A DNA stretch of 64,000 nt from Laetmonice hystrix (taxonomy: Eukaryota), in NCBI GenBank assembly GCA_965235115.1, contig OZ249436.1:22818001-22882000 (forward strand), read 5' to 3'. The position numbers and the translations under genes are program-made. The stretch's first letter is position 1. Every line of letters starts with the position of its first letter. Shown here piece by piece: positions 1 through 14,115 of the stretch. The notes beneath the pieces were generated by a model. The model saw only the letters and a program-made list of their open reading frames with translations. It did not search any database and was not told where the DNA came from.

Positions 1-153
1 ACGTGGTAGCAACGCCATACGACGTCGTGGCAGCAGGGTGGGAGCGGCATTGCAGTCACACTTGGAGGGGTTTTCTGATGTTGACGGCGACCAACGGCGA
101 TCTGCGAGGTCGCCGTGGTCGCCGTAAGGTCTTTATCCAGTGTGATGGGGGTA
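1..153 (-). mobile_element. PIF/Harbinger-type MITE, partial (runs off window start); inverted copy of 44547-45083
   Basis: Ends in CAGTGTGATGGGGGTA followed by TTA; reverse complement matches 44547-44696. Confidence 0.75.
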
Positions 154-789
154 TTACGAGCTAAATATGAATCACGTTACTTACGAGAGAAGTGGAGAAG
201 AATATAATTATCTCAAAATGTGTTCTCGAAGAAATGGTTAGGTTACATAAGTTGGTTCCGAGTTTGTTTAATATTAACTAATAAAGAGATTTAACCAATC
301 TTGATTAAAGTCAGTTAACCACGATTTTAACCAACTTAGTTACTTAACCACTTTCTTGAAACGGGGGCCAGACGGCAGCATTACAGTCATTCTTACAACC
401 ACATCCCGGCTTCTCATACAGTAACGGTGTTGACAATAACAAAAAATAAACTACAAAATAAACTAAGGTATTTACTATGACTAACACTAGGGGCTCAAAT
501 GCGATTACCGATGAATATGGACTCAGCAGCTTCTACGTGCACGTTGATAACGCGGCATTTCTGTCTGCCAACGTGCCCAAAGTCGGCATGTAACGTATGA
601 ACTTTTTTTTTCATAATGAAACACGCTAAGCCCGATTTGGCTGCCACTTGACGTAGAACACATTTTCTCCTTCTTAAAGTGCAACTGACATCACATAGGT
701 AACTTTACTGATCTAGATAGATCACTTTGAGTTGTAGACGTGTCAACTGATCAATTCAGCGCATGCTCAATAGATGCAAAGATGGGCAC

Positions 790-952
790 AAATGGCTGCG
801 CCGCTGAAGCCAATGATTTTGATACGGTTGTCATGTTCGACATATGACTTCTTGGAATGGGGGGACATTTATTTCCAACCACTACTGTGAAAGGGGAGTA
901 TATATAGAGGCCTTGCAGCTGTCCAAATGTGATTTTTGACTGGACTTCTCCT
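790..952. mobile_element. Fragment of a TTAA-ended (Kolobok-like) non-autonomous DNA transposon; second copy at 15261-15423
   Basis: About 160 bp shared with 15261-15423; both end in GACTGGACTTCTCCT followed by TTAA. Confidence 0.55.
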
Positions 953-953
953 T

Positions 954-1100
954 TAAGTTTTTCATGGAGGTCATTGAATGTCTGTGGTAGCATACGAAAG
1001 CACTGGAAAAGGTTGTCTTCGTATGAAAACTGTTGCTTTACCAAATGGTGATATTCGCCAAATTGTGTTCTTTGCAAAAGGATGTAATTATAGTTAGTAT
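954..1100 (-). pseudogene. Harbinger (HARBI1-like) transposase N-terminal remnant
   Basis: ILLQRTQFGEYHHLVKQQFSYEDNLFQCFRMLPQTFNDLHEKL resembles the R-x-x-x-G-E-(F/Y)-H-x-L...F-R-M-x-x-x-x-F-x-x-L motif of Harbinger transposases; similarity stops at the TTAA of the neighbouring element. Confidence 0.6.
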
Positions 1101-2056
1101 TCACAGGCCCTTCTTCTGGCTTTTCGTCTCTTTGTTGTAGATGTACATACACCTGACAAAAGTTAGAATTTCTCGGTAATAATAGAGTCGTACATTCAAC
1201 CGACCGTGTCCTGTCAATTTCGCATTACATCTCAAATTTCGAGTTTTGTAAAGTCGTATGGAAAACTTAGTCAGCGTGCAGAAGGACGTTCGCTTTAGTG
1301 CCACCATCCTGACATTCTGACAAATGCAGAACGGGGAGAAATCGTCTGCCTCGTAGAGGAAGGTGTTTCGGCCCAAAATATTGTCAGACGGTTTCACTGT
1401 TGCTGTCCAACAGTTTACCGCGTATTGGAGAGGTACCAATAAACTACAGACAAGAGAAAGTTTTACAGAAGTGATCGGCTGAGAAAGACCACAGCGAGAG
1501 AAGATCGACGTCATCGCAGGACAATGCGCAGAAGAATGGCCGCAATAATTCGGTCACGTGGCTACCCTACAAAATACTAAATGACTTGAGTCCCATCATG
1601 AAAAATTAACACTATGTACTGTTTAACATCGAGTGTAAGTACTGAATAAAAGTCAAAACTGGCAAATAATAAAGATGTTATTTCAAACTGAACGTTGATG
1701 TCTCTCCAGTCTATACCTATGTTGGCATTTATGTCTATTGTGTGTACAGTGCTTAGTCCTTCAATGTCTTTATCTCTTCCTTGTCCTTGTTCAAAAGGAC
1801 GAGTTTGTAAGCCAATGGTCCGTGAACAGCGTGTAACGCCTGCTTTTTATGTCAAGGTGGAGACAGTTCACCGCTGCGCCTCCTCCAAGCGTTTTCCCCG
1901 GCGTGAACACGCGCGGTAAAACGTACGCGAAGGTGTAGCCAGACCTTTACGTTGCAGGAAGTCTTTATAAAGCGTTGTTGTTCGCCCTAATTTTTGGTTA
2001 TTGTTGTTTGTTTTTCTTAAATTAGAAATAATCCAAGCGCATACAATAAACACTTA

Positions 2057-3452
2057 TGGCCCTGTCACACCTTGACGATTTAGCCAGCGTATGCCGACGT
2101 ATAAGATTTCTCTAAAACGCTGGCATACGCTGAACTTTCGATGTTTTTTTTCAAAGTTGGGCGTATACATAGCGTATTCATAACGAGTTGGACGTATACA
2201 TAACGTATTAGTAACTTATATAGAACGTTCCGATAACTTATAGACAACTTATACCAACGAATGTGTAGCGTGTTGCCGGCGTTCACAACGTATGCCCAAC
2301 GATAGTCTAACGTATGCATAGCGTGTGGCAGCGAATCGCCGACGATTACGTGACGTCAATTTTTTCCAGGTGGGGGGGGGGGAGCTTTTATTTTTATTTT
2401 TTTATTCTATGAATGGAGTGGCGGCATGGCTGTAGGAAGAAGATACCCACGGTATTCATGATCAGACGGCAAGTTAGGAAGGTATAGAAGACTATGAAAA
2501 CTTCCAAGCTAGAATTTGAAGAAGAAAACTTGAAAAATCTATGTTTTGTTTTATTGAAAAGAAACAAACAAAATAAAGTGCAAAAACTTTCAAAACAACG
2601 TCTTCCCGCCTAAGAACAGTGTATAATGCGTTTTGTAAACCCATTAACGACCTGTGAAATTTCAAATAAGCCTCATGTTTTGAACTGTCGTCTGTGTGGA
2701 ACATGTGCACATGTTTAACTTTCAATTGAAAAAAGACTTTTCAAGCTTTACAAGTAACGTGTCTAAACGTGTGTCAACGATCGCATAACTTACCTACAAC
2801 TTATGTCCCGCGTACGCGGGACGTATGAGCTATACGTTGGCATACGTCGAAAATTTTGTGCATGCACAAAATTTCTCGACGACCTCGCCGTACTACGACG
2901 TATACCAGCGTTCATCAGCGTGCTCTTAACTGAAGCTGGTGACACATACAAGCGTTTACCGCATCCGTACACCGCGTCCAGTCATCGCATCCGTCCAAAT
3001 GGGTTTGGACATTATGGTTTACAACCAAGCATGACACATACGTCCGACCACGATTATCGGGTGCGATCAAACGGATCCGTTGATCGCAATTTTCCAACAC
3101 TGCCCAATTTTTGCGATGAACGCGCCGGTTCATTGCAACCACTGCAAATCATTTTACAGGGCTGCAAAACGAATTCATAGTCCAGCAAACAAATTATTTC
3201 GGGGGTTTGGTGAAGAAAATTTATTGCGACGTATGGACGTTTTGGTTTCGCCGCTTGTGTGTGTCATGTGTTGCCGCATGTTTGCCGTCCGTTCATCGCA
3301 TCAGGTAACCGGGTGCGTCAAACGCTACTGCGATTACCGCAGGTATGTGTCACCGGCTTTACCCATAACTTATTCGACGTACGCCGGCGTATTCGCCAAA
3401 TTCTTCGTACGTCGGCATACGCTAGCTAAATCGTCAAAGTGTGACAGGGCCT
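2057..3452. mobile_element. PIF/Harbinger-type non-autonomous element (~1.4 kb)
   Basis: TIR of ~45 bp GGCCCTGTCACACYTTGACGATTTAGCYAGCGTATGCCGACGTA at both ends; TTA TSD at 2054-2056 and 3453-3455. Confidence 0.85.
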
Positions 3453-3455
3453 TTA

Positions 3456-3609
3456 ACGGGATTCGGCTCCTTCACCGCGGGAAAGTATGGAACTCGATGC
3501 CTGGCGCATGACTACGGCATTCCATCTTCGGTGTCATGCCGTATTCATGCGCCAGGCATCTCGTTCCATATTTTCGCGCGGTGAAGGACCCCCATCCCGT
3601 TACGTGTTT
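3456..3609. repeat. Palindromic (foldback) element whose left tip lies at 2048-2056
   Basis: Inverted arms of ~70 bp (acgggat...ttcaccgcg...ggcgcatgactacggcat / atgccgtattcatgcgcc...cgcggtgaa...atcccgt). Confidence 0.75.
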
Positions 3610-5815
3610 TTTTAGCCAGTTTCTGCTCGCGCGTCAAAATCACTGTCGTGCGTTCTGGTGACCCCTCAGTAACTGACCGCATGACTGACGTAACCGAAAC
3701 ACTCATTCATACATATTACGTATGTGGTGATATTTGGCTGGTCGCAAGCCCATCATAACGCAGGCGACACGCTTTTTTTCCCATGTGCTGGGTATGTCTA
3801 ATTATTACAAAGTAATTTGCTTGCTGGCGGCGATGCGATGGGACATAGTTCAAAGTCTCCATAGGCCTAAGATGATAGATTATGCGCCCGCCTAGTTGGT
3901 GACAGAAACGTCTCATAGGGTCTCGATAAAGCTAACAAAACACCTTCCCCACGGAACCTTTATATTCCTCCAGTATGCTCATGTATCCATTGTTAAGATG
4001 AGCTATAGGACCTAAGTCCTTACTTGTCACATTTCTGATACCCGACTCGGAGGACAGTGGGAATTATTCCCTCCTCCGGATTCTGCCAGCGTTCCTCCCC
4101 TGTGATTTTCTGATCGTTAAATCAGGCTGCTGGCTGGCATCTCCTCTGACAACCTATCTGCAGGGAGTTGTCAGCCTTTTCAGGATGGAAGGTGAGCGTT
4201 TGCTCGACGAGTTTAATAATACATGAGATATGAGGTTCACATGACAACTTGATCTGCCATCTAGTCTCTGATGTAATCAGGTTCCTCCTTCTGCACACGA
4301 TAACAAATACAATGCAATGGATGCGCGGCAGTCTGGACATTATCTTTCACCTTAGCGAGGCTGCAGGACTCCTGTTACCTCTCCTTACAGTAGTAAGAGA
4401 AATTTGTATCATTACGTCGCCACACTATTATTTATACTGCTTTCTGCCGGTCGATGTCATTAAACATCTATATGTTATCAAAGATACCAGGGTTAAATCA
4501 CACAGCATGGGTACAATCTATACTAACAGCTACAATCTCTGGATAAAACAACTTCACTTTAGTTCTCCTTTGCATCAAGAAGTCATCTTTCATATAATAA
4601 CGCTGGGAATATTTCAACATCTGGCTTTGCCCCTCAGTGACATTCAATATACTGCATTGTCATGGATATTTCATTTTGACAGTTTACAGTCCTTAGGGAT
4701 GAAATATGGTTTCCTAAGCACTCAGGTCCGCCAATAAATATTCTCCACTTTCCGTTCGTTAAATGATGTGTGAGAAATTGCCGGTAGGTGGTGTGGACGC
4801 CGATAAGGGTTGTCTATTTCTAATTCCCCGAAGTCTTTGTTGAACTCATGGTGGCGAGGATGGACTTGTAGGAAATCTATCCACATCTAATCAGCACAAC
4901 TTTCCCACCAATTCTGAATATCTGTGTGCTTCTGATTCGGGTAATATGACACCTGCCACGCTGACACTGCTCGGTGGCTGAGGAGGCGAAGGCAGCCTTG
5001 TAAAATGCTCCTGAAATCATCCTCCTCCCCCTGGAGCGCAGGGATTCAAATTATGATCCTCCACAATTATACTGACTGCAGCCGACCGATAGCTGTGAAG
5101 GGAGAACGATTTTCTGCGATGCTGGTCAGGCGGTTCCATTTTCACCCCCATCCATTCACTCCACGGACCAATCACCTTCTTTTCTCCTTATTAATCCAAT
5201 TGTAAGGAGTTCTGAAACCCCCTAAAGCTCTAACCTTTTCTGACTAAAATGCATATACCATGCAATACCGTTTTCTAGATCCTAATAAAACTCAACCCCC
5301 TGCGGACATAATCAAGGACGGGCAGTCTTTTTCAAATCTCCATGCCATTTCTAGAGCCATGAAACAATTCCATATCTATACGCATGGTGCTGTATGGCAA
5401 AACACGGCGCTATTTCCAGTTCTAATCCTTGAGTTCACGGTTTGTAATGATCACCTGTTCCACTCCTGGGCCTACCCGGTGCTCGAACTTATGGGTACTA
5501 AAATATCCCAGGATATAAGGTCAACAGTGTTGCTATGGGGGTCAAAGAAGAAGAAATACGACCGCCATGCCCCCATTGATCTGAACACAAAATAATGCCT
5601 CTTGCCCCTCATATGCCTTCGCTTTGCACCAAGTTTGAAAGAACCATATACATTTCCGAGAATTCGCTTTCTACGCACGTATGCAGGGACGTACAGCAGA
5701 CCGCCAGAGGTCAAGTTAGAAGACCTGCCGTTTCCAATTGGGCGCTAAAATGACACACAATGACGAGAAAACAAAGAAATATACTTCCCTGTATACATAC
5801 GTATATTAACGACAT

Positions 5816-6227
5816 GAAGAAGAAGAAGAAGAAGAAGAAGAAGAAGAAGAAGAAGAAGAAGAAGAAGAAGAAGAAGAAGAAGAAGAAGAAGAAGAAGAAG
5901 AAGAAGAAGAAGAAGAAGAAGAAGAAGAAGAAGAAGAAGAAGAAGAAGAAGAAGAAGAAGAAGAAGAAGAAGAAGAAGAAGAAGAAGAAGAAGAAGAAGA
6001 AGAAGAAGAAGAAGAAGAAGAAGAAGAAGAAGAAGAAGAAGAAGAAGAAGAAGAAGAAGAAGAAGAAGAAGAAGAAGAAGAAGAAGAAGAAGAAGAAGAA
6101 GAAGAAGAAGAAGAAGAAGAAGAAGAAGAAGAAGAAGAAGAAGAAGAAGAAGAAGAAGAAGAAGAAGAAGAAGAAGAAGAAGAAGAAGAAGAAGAAGAAG
6201 AAGAAGAAGAAGAAGAAGAAGAAGAAG

Positions 6228-6257
<30 letters not shown>
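5816..6257. repeat. (GAA)n microsatellite, 442 bp (~147 units), uninterrupted
   Basis: Direct reading. Confidence 0.98.
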
Positions 6258-6259
<2 letters not shown>

Positions 6260-6639
6260 CCCTTATGCAGACACAAGCCATTGAAACGTTACATATGGCT
6301 TCCTACTGATACGGCCACATGGCCTATCATATCAGCACATATGGTTTTCATAATATTAATTAAAGGAGGTGTCATTAAAAAGCTTTATCCTGTAAGCGAG
6401 TTAAGTGAACTGTGTGGGGCACCACAAGCCCTCGCCTGTACCCCCGGTATTAGTTAGTTGTCGGGAGGATGGATTACCATCAGCCTTGCAACATCGTAAA
6501 CAGAATAAAAGAGTCAAACTACAGTATAAGCGAGGGTCTCTACATAAGTATTCCTAAGCACCCCAACGTAACACTACCCACTACCCCTAACTACTAATGT
6601 ATGTGGTTTTCTTGAACAGTTCGCTTCCTTTTCATGGTA

Positions 6640-7288
6640 AATAGTAACTTTTAGGATTTTAGGGATATGAAACATTGAAAAAATACATGAAAAATGCATG
6701 ACCCTGTCTGACCGTTATAGGTCACTCAATTTAAAGTCAGCGAAAATGGCGCTAAACGAAAGGTCATATGGTCATAATAATAGTAACTAGAAAATGGTAT
6801 AAAATAACGCAATAGTTACTATTATTAACAGATAGGAAATTATATATGACCTTTCGTGTAAACGAAAGCTCAACGCGTTAAACGAAAGGTCATGTATGAC
6901 TTTCTATGTCAATAATAGTAACCATTTTTGAGACAGGAGGCAAACCAGTGTTATTTTCTGGGTCAAAAAATAAATATGGCCGCCATGTCGCGACATTTGG
7001 CCTGAACTCCATGAACTGCAAATTTGAAAGATATCAGGATCGCTTTTCCAAGTTATTGCTCCAACTATGTTCACATCAAAGATGGTCACAAGCGGCAATT
7101 TTAAATAATATAAAAAAAATTGTTTGACCTTCCTCATTCTCAGGCCATCCCTGGTCATTGAGTAAAGTTTCATGCAAATTGACTTATACCGTACACTTCT
7201 GAGAAATCGGTGCCTAAGAACGTAAATACGTACGTACGGACGGAAGCCAAATTAGAAGCCCAACCCCGTCGGGTTGGGGGATAAAAAA
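6640..7288 (-). mobile_element. Helentron-associated (HINE/DINE-1-like) element, family B, fragment including one terminus
   Basis: (CGTA/CGGA) microsatellite, terminal hairpin CCCAACCC-CGTC-GGGTTGGG then ATAAAAA; homologous to 33925-34862, 36415-36540, 39190-40420 and 47846-48170. Confidence 0.6.
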
Positions 7289-8326
7289 AGATACTAAATG
7301 ATTTGATAATAAAAGTAATTAAAAGTAACGGTTAGAACTTATTACCGCCCGATGCGCCCACACTGCTACAATCCACGACACAATCAATAAGGCCAGTCAG
7401 GCTCGGCCACTTGTAGCTTGTGAGAATGGGAATTTACCACAAGTCACTTTAAAGTCTTGTTCTTAAAGGCAAGTTCGGTGGGGCAAGAGCATCGAGCATA
7501 AAGCGAGGTAGACATATCGGCCCCTTGTCCTGTAATAACGGGCGGTGAAACATGAACAAACCAGTCAGTCGTCGACCTAACTGTAAGCTAACGGAACATT
7601 ATACCCTCAACATGTCACAGCTTCAAGTGCAGCCATGATCAATCGCCCACTCCTTTTCGCTGTTATGACGTTATCAATTGGCTAAGACCGCAGAAAAAGG
7701 TTTTATTGATGCTTAAGTAAGTGAACGGTTAAACGTTCCGTCTAGAAAGGCATTTTCTTCTGGGGCCACTTTCTCATTCAAGCAAATACATTACAAGTTG
7801 TCCACAGCTGGAAACATCCATTTCTTTTCGTGATCACAGCAAAATCTCGACATGAAATTTCCTGTTGAAAAATTTTGCTTCATTGATTACCCCTAGACCA
7901 GCCTTTCTTGTCGTGTGAATCAGGCACCCCTGCTGCAAACGAGACTACCACCATTAGGTCAAAATTGACAGGAAATCTATGTGGCCATGAGTGGATTATG
8001 TGCGCTGACTCCACCTACCGACTCTATCTAGGAGCATCAATCAGCATGGCTTGGACGTCTGTGACCGGTTGACAAGACAGCATCAGCTGCAGCCATCTCC
8101 TTTCCACACAGGCCCTTGACCTTGAGGCCATCTTAATATAATTCTCCTACTACTGATTCCACGTGCCAAGCCCCAAAGCCGGTCAGCATAGTTAAATGCG
8201 ATTCCCTGATAAGATTGTCTTCGTTAACTTTGTTCACCCTTTCCAAAGGAACGACGCTCTCTTTAATGTTACAAGTTAAGTCCATATTATTTTAGTCTAA
8301 ATTTAGAGCAGGGACTCAATAGAGAT

Positions 8327-8535
<209 letters not shown>

Positions 8536-9031
8536 TGAGCCGTCCAGTATGCCCCCACCCGGCGCCCTCACAACGTTATCTATACTAATACCGTAAGGGG
8601 GCTGCGTTGTCATCGCTCTACTGCTTTTCCCTTTCGAAGCATCAACGTGAAAGTACGCCAGGCATATCCACAGTATTCCCCGTTTGTTTTGATGTGTATT
8701 CGTGTTTCTTTCCTTGGCGCTTTGAGGCATTTTTCGGCACATGTTTCACTAAAACTGCCCCAAATGGTCGCCATTTTTTACCCTTCTCCCCGAGTCGTAT
8801 TGCCAGGCAGATATCGCCGGAAGACAGTCGGAGACTATGAAGCTTTCTGATGGACACGGCCTACCGTGGGATCAGAGAGTCTCTCGGATTCTAGGGCATT
8901 TGCCCCCATACATCTGCCCCCCGGACATTTGCCCCCGCAGGACTTCTGCTTGCCTAGGACATCTGCCACCCCCAGACATTCACCCCCCGGAATTAACCAC
9001 CCCATAGACTCTACCCGCAGAATCTTTGAAC

Positions 9032-9152
9032 AGGGCCTCATCCACAGACCGATTTACAGCTGCTTTTGAGATACGGCCGATTTTTCTCAGTAGTCGGCCG
9101 TAGATTCTATGTGAAAATCGGCCGTAAATCGGTCTGTGCGGGATCAGGCCCT
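9032..9152. mobile_element. Mini TIR element (Harbinger-like termini)
   Basis: AGGGCCTCATCCACAGACCGATTTAC / GTAAATCGGTCTGTGCGGGATCAGGCCCT inverted ends. Confidence 0.55.
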
Positions 9153-9262
9153 TTCCGCTCATGACTTTTAGCCCTCTTCCGGGGTCCCGTAAGGAGCACG
9201 GGTTCTTGCTAGTCACAACTAATTCTCTCATACCTCAAAAACACATTGCCGCTGCCTTAATG

Positions 9263-9460
9263 GTTGGTAGGAACACATTAAAATATTGACATTGATTCAA
9301 GGTTTGTCTCTCCACTCATTATCTTCATGTTGGTAGGAACACATTAAAATATTGACATTGATTCAAGGTTTGTCTCTCCACTCATTATCTTCATGTTGGT
9401 AGGAACACATTAAAATATTGACATTGATTCAAGGTTTGTCTCTCCACTCATTATCTTCAT
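9263..9460. repeat. Tandem repeat, 66 bp x 3 identical copies
   Basis: Units start at 9263, 9329 and 9395. Confidence 0.95.
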
Positions 9461-12400
9461 TACCTTCGACCGTTTTCCGAAATACTTCGGGACAACCTTG
9501 AAAAAACAAGTTTTCCTAATAGTCATGGACGGTCTTTAAGTTTAACCCTGTAATTTGAACCTTTCAAGGGTAATATCATTGATTCAAATTATCTGGAAAA
9601 CCAAATCTCCCGGGGAAATGGGACTTTGAGGAAATTTGTTAGGCTAAACATGTTTAATTAATGCTGACCATTTCAGGAACGTTTCGATATTCATATATTT
9701 CCCGTCCTGATATAAGACTGAACCCATTAAATGAAAGTGACAAAATAAATTAATAAACAATGGATAGAAATATGAAACTGTCTAATGTCTCCTTATGGCC
9801 GACTGTTTAAGAAAACAGGTGATAAGTTACAGGCCCAGTATCCCCCATACTTTTCTTAGAATAATATATTGTCATAAATATAATGTACGAGGAGTTCTGG
9901 AAACATTTATTATCGCTTTTGGAAAACGATACAGAAAGACCCAAAGAGTTGTGAGCTATAGCAAACTGATACTGCAATTGATTAAAAGAAGCCACGGCTA
10001 TCACAAATAACATCACTCAGTGTGCCACCTAATCAGAGGATGGATGTCGCATCAAAATAAGCTACAACTGTATATTAAAATGGAATCTCCACATTAGACC
10101 GTCCACCTGGAATCATCCTTCTATTTACGCGTATATCCGAAACCTTGTGTGATAAAACATGCCCTGCACATCGTCAATCATGAACCGGCGCTACCTTATA
10201 CTAACGTATAATGGTACACACTACCCGTAACTTCCCTAGTTGTCTGTTACCAGTATTCTAGCTTTTAGGACCCTCTTGGATTCATACTATACACTCTACT
10301 ACGGTAGGTTTATAGCGTGTAGTGGCCCTGTCGAGTATCCGCGAAAGCAGTCCGTTTGTAATGCAGCTAGTAAGAGACCCCTACATTACAGTGCAATTCA
10401 TTAAAGAATTTGCTATTAACTGATGGAAATTCCACATTAAGTTAATCAACTTCAATTTTTTTCCATTAACAGCAAGACTTGACACTACATCTTTAAAATG
10501 AGTGATCGGCCATTTGTCTACCCTTCATGAGGACAACCTTTTTATGCATGTCAATTTCCTTCTGATGGTTCCATTGTCCCGTAGCAAAAGCCCTCATCCT
10601 TTATGCTTTCGTCATCTTAATGGCATGTTAGAGTGTCCGTGTGATTTATGCAAGGGAAGCGTTGGTAACGACAAGGCATTAGCTATCCAGCCTGTATTTG
10701 ACGATTAGAAGATCGACTACATTCAGATTCAAGCACCATTAATTCCTGTTAACTGTTCCCAGCTGAAAGCCCCGAGGACAAACTTTAGACTCTAAAACTT
10801 CGCAGGCTGATAATAACCAATAACATTCTATCAACGTTGTGCTACTAAACTTATTGACAGACTCCTATAACTTCAGCAATGATAGGAGCCGCCAATACTC
10901 TAATCAAAAACTTGTACGAACAATTAACATGTAGTAGAAGGGTAGAAAGGTTCTTGCAATACAAGATATTAAAAGTTCGTAGATATCTTCTATTACACCT
11001 CGCAACAGTTCAGGCCTTACCATTCAGTTGAAATCACACAAAAACAGAGAAATGTGAAGATGATTAGAAAGTCAAAAGTCAGATCCTCAGCTCTTTCTTG
11101 GCATTTAAACACGCATTTAATAATATCCATGTTCTTTTTCATATTCTAAAGGTAACTTTCCAACATCGGTGACAATACTATGTCTTTCAACATTTCAATG
11201 GGGATTTCTTCCAACATTTTTCAGGACAGATCGGTGTGATAACTGCATGTTGATCAGTTACGGGTCCGCCCGAATGCACACTGATGAGTGTCGAGGGGTA
11301 ACCCGCATATATTCCAGTATACTATTAACACTGTACACTTGGATCTGTGACAATTGGTAAATTATACGTGGTTATACTCAAGGCGCCTCTCCCAGTAGGC
11401 TGACAAAATGGATAAGCTTGACAGTAAACAGAAATACAATAAACATAGATCAATCTCATAATTAGCCTAAAGGCAAAATCTTCCCCAAATATAGGTTACA
11501 AAAGATGTTTATCCTTCTTGAAAAAAAACATGACAGTTTTTATGACAAACATTTCGGCTATCGAAAATCTCATTCTACTAAACTGGCTCTAAACATACAG
11601 TGTATTCATTTTTAATGATTCCGTTAATTCTAACATAATTTAAGTACCGGTGTATACTAACAAAACTTCAACACTAAGGTATACGAGGAAACTCACTTAA
11701 TTGGGTCATGACTGTCCCGGCAAAACAAATTCAGAGAATATTACTATTCCCACAGGTGTCCCTGCATGATGCATAGTAGGCCCTTTGTTCTCCCTAAGAC
11801 ACAGAAACGACCATCCCACTGCTTCTAATCTTCCAAAACTAGTGTATTTTGTACATGATAGTAGTTTCACAGGTTCATAAGTAATGAACACCCCCCCCCC
11901 CCCCCAAAAAAAAGGTTGCCAAAACCCTGAGCATGCCCATGCCTGAATGTAAACAAATGATACTTTATGTTTTTTCATGGAAAGAGGGGAAAATATGATA
12001 ATCAACCACCAACTTATAATCATACATTAAGATATGTGCTGGAAACATATATTCAACACATACCAACACGATTTTTTTTTTAAATAAAAAAAAAATCGGA
12101 TTTTTTGGATTTAAATCGGATTTTAAAAATTTAAATCAGATTTTGTTGTTGTCCCGGAACAGATAGTTGAATGAATCACAAATAGAACTATTATACAAGT
12201 ATATGATTTTGATGCAATTTTTAATGCAATATTCCCAATTGTTTTGCTTAAGCATAGTCAAGAATCATGTTTTATTAACCATGAAATCAAAATCATTTAA
12301 AAAGGTGCGCCTTATTTGCAACCAAAATTACTTTTGTACTAGCAAGAATTTATAAAAATGTTAATCCAAACTACCAGTGGCACATAGAATATGAAAAATA

Positions 12401-14115
12401 TGAAGAAAGTTTTTAAAAATGCAAAAAAACAAAAAACAAAAAAAAACCAATGATTTAACTCAAATGATTTAAATCAAACAACCCTGTTTAAGGTCACTCC
12501 GAACAGTTAATAGGACTAGAAAAACCTCCAGCTTCAACACTCTGTACTCTTTATGTAGGCCCAACTTGGGTACAGGCGGGTCTGCACGTTGCGATTTAGT
12601 CGTGTGTGGTTTCTGGCGAAAAAGACTCCTGTGTTACTCACGTGTTACTCCTATAAATGAGTGGAGTCATACTTTTATTCTAACCCGGCCAAGTAACCAT
12701 GTATAACATTAGGCATATAGCATAAATTGTAGACATTTCCTTTTTTTTAAAGTACAAATATATATTTTCATGTTATGTTTATACTTCGCGGATTGCTACT
12801 CGCTTTAATGCCTTTATTAAATAAATACCCCCGTAATACTCCCAGTACAAGCCGTACTATTTTCCTCCTCAAACTACCGGCGGTAGGCTACTCATAAATT
12901 GGGGGTGCGGCTTATACTGCCGTGAAAGGACAAAAGGAAGCAAGTCCAAAAGTTCAAGTTTCGAGAAATGGACATAAACAAGTTGTCTCTACAGTGCAGT
13001 TGGATGGGCATGCTTCCTTCTGTCATGCGACTGATAGCTTTATAGAAGGATGTTTAGCAGAAATACACCCATTGATAGATAGGACTTACATGTACTTCCC
13101 TGAAGCCAAATTTATACTTAAGTTCACGGCAGTATAGATGGCCACATGTTTTTAAGGACAGCTGTAACGCAAACTCCTTCACCAGAGGTTGTTTTTGCTG
13201 ATGGTAACAGCGGAGTGTGATCGGTTAGTTGTGCACTATTGCATGCCAGGAAGATCTGTGGACTCACGTGTTGATGTCAAGAGTCGTGACTTCTGTTGCC
13301 AGTTGCCAAAGACAGTACTTAGGCCAAGACACGAGCAATTTAGATCGACAACGCAATTATTTTACTTCGTATTTTTTTGGTAAGAAGTAGATATTATTGA
13401 CATTCAAAATAACTGAACAAGTTACTTCAATACAGTTAATGTTTGTTTTATTTAAATAACTCCATCCATCGATTTTGCCAAAGTGAAGAACACTCCTATT
13501 ATCACCCACACATCAAAATGCCTATTGTAGATATCGGACTTCAGGCCTATATGATGGTCAGCGTAATGTGTCCTAAAGGGCCTAATACTACCATGTGTAA
13601 ACCATTGCAGGCCCTTAAGCCTTAGCCAGGGTGGGGGTGTGTACGGTCCGCATTGAAGGACCAGGGTTCTTAATAATTCAGACTGGTACAATTTTATCAA
13701 ATGGGTGAATGACACACGTCCTAAAATGCGGAATTAACAGGTGATAAAAATAAATTTTGACCCAAAATAAAATTATATAACTTAATCGCCTCAGGTTAGG
13801 TAACCTGATCTTGATTTTTAAAAAAGTGTTTACTTGAAAAGGTATAATATAATTTTTGTAATTGCTTTTAACACTCAATCATTTGGTGAAAACTCAAACT
13901 CCACTAAAGGCTTGGGATTGAAACTTTGACAATATTCCTCTGAAAAGTATTATATTGGTTAAAAAAAATCTCTATATTTGTATCTTAATCATTGTCGAGG
14001 GTTACGATTTATAGACATTGATATGATCTGAACCTCCTGACATTATTGTAACAAAATCAGGCTGGGCTTGCACTGATGTAATTTTTGTCGATATTTAAAT
14101 ATAATATTAAAAGTT

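Noticed and set aside
5745..6284. Poly-Lys/Leu/Ser ORFs
   Set aside because: Translations of the (GAA)n microsatellite
11691..11800. Possible downstream exon before a GTGAGT donor (minus strand)
   Set aside because: All three frames contain stops, and there is no CSPG-like sequence
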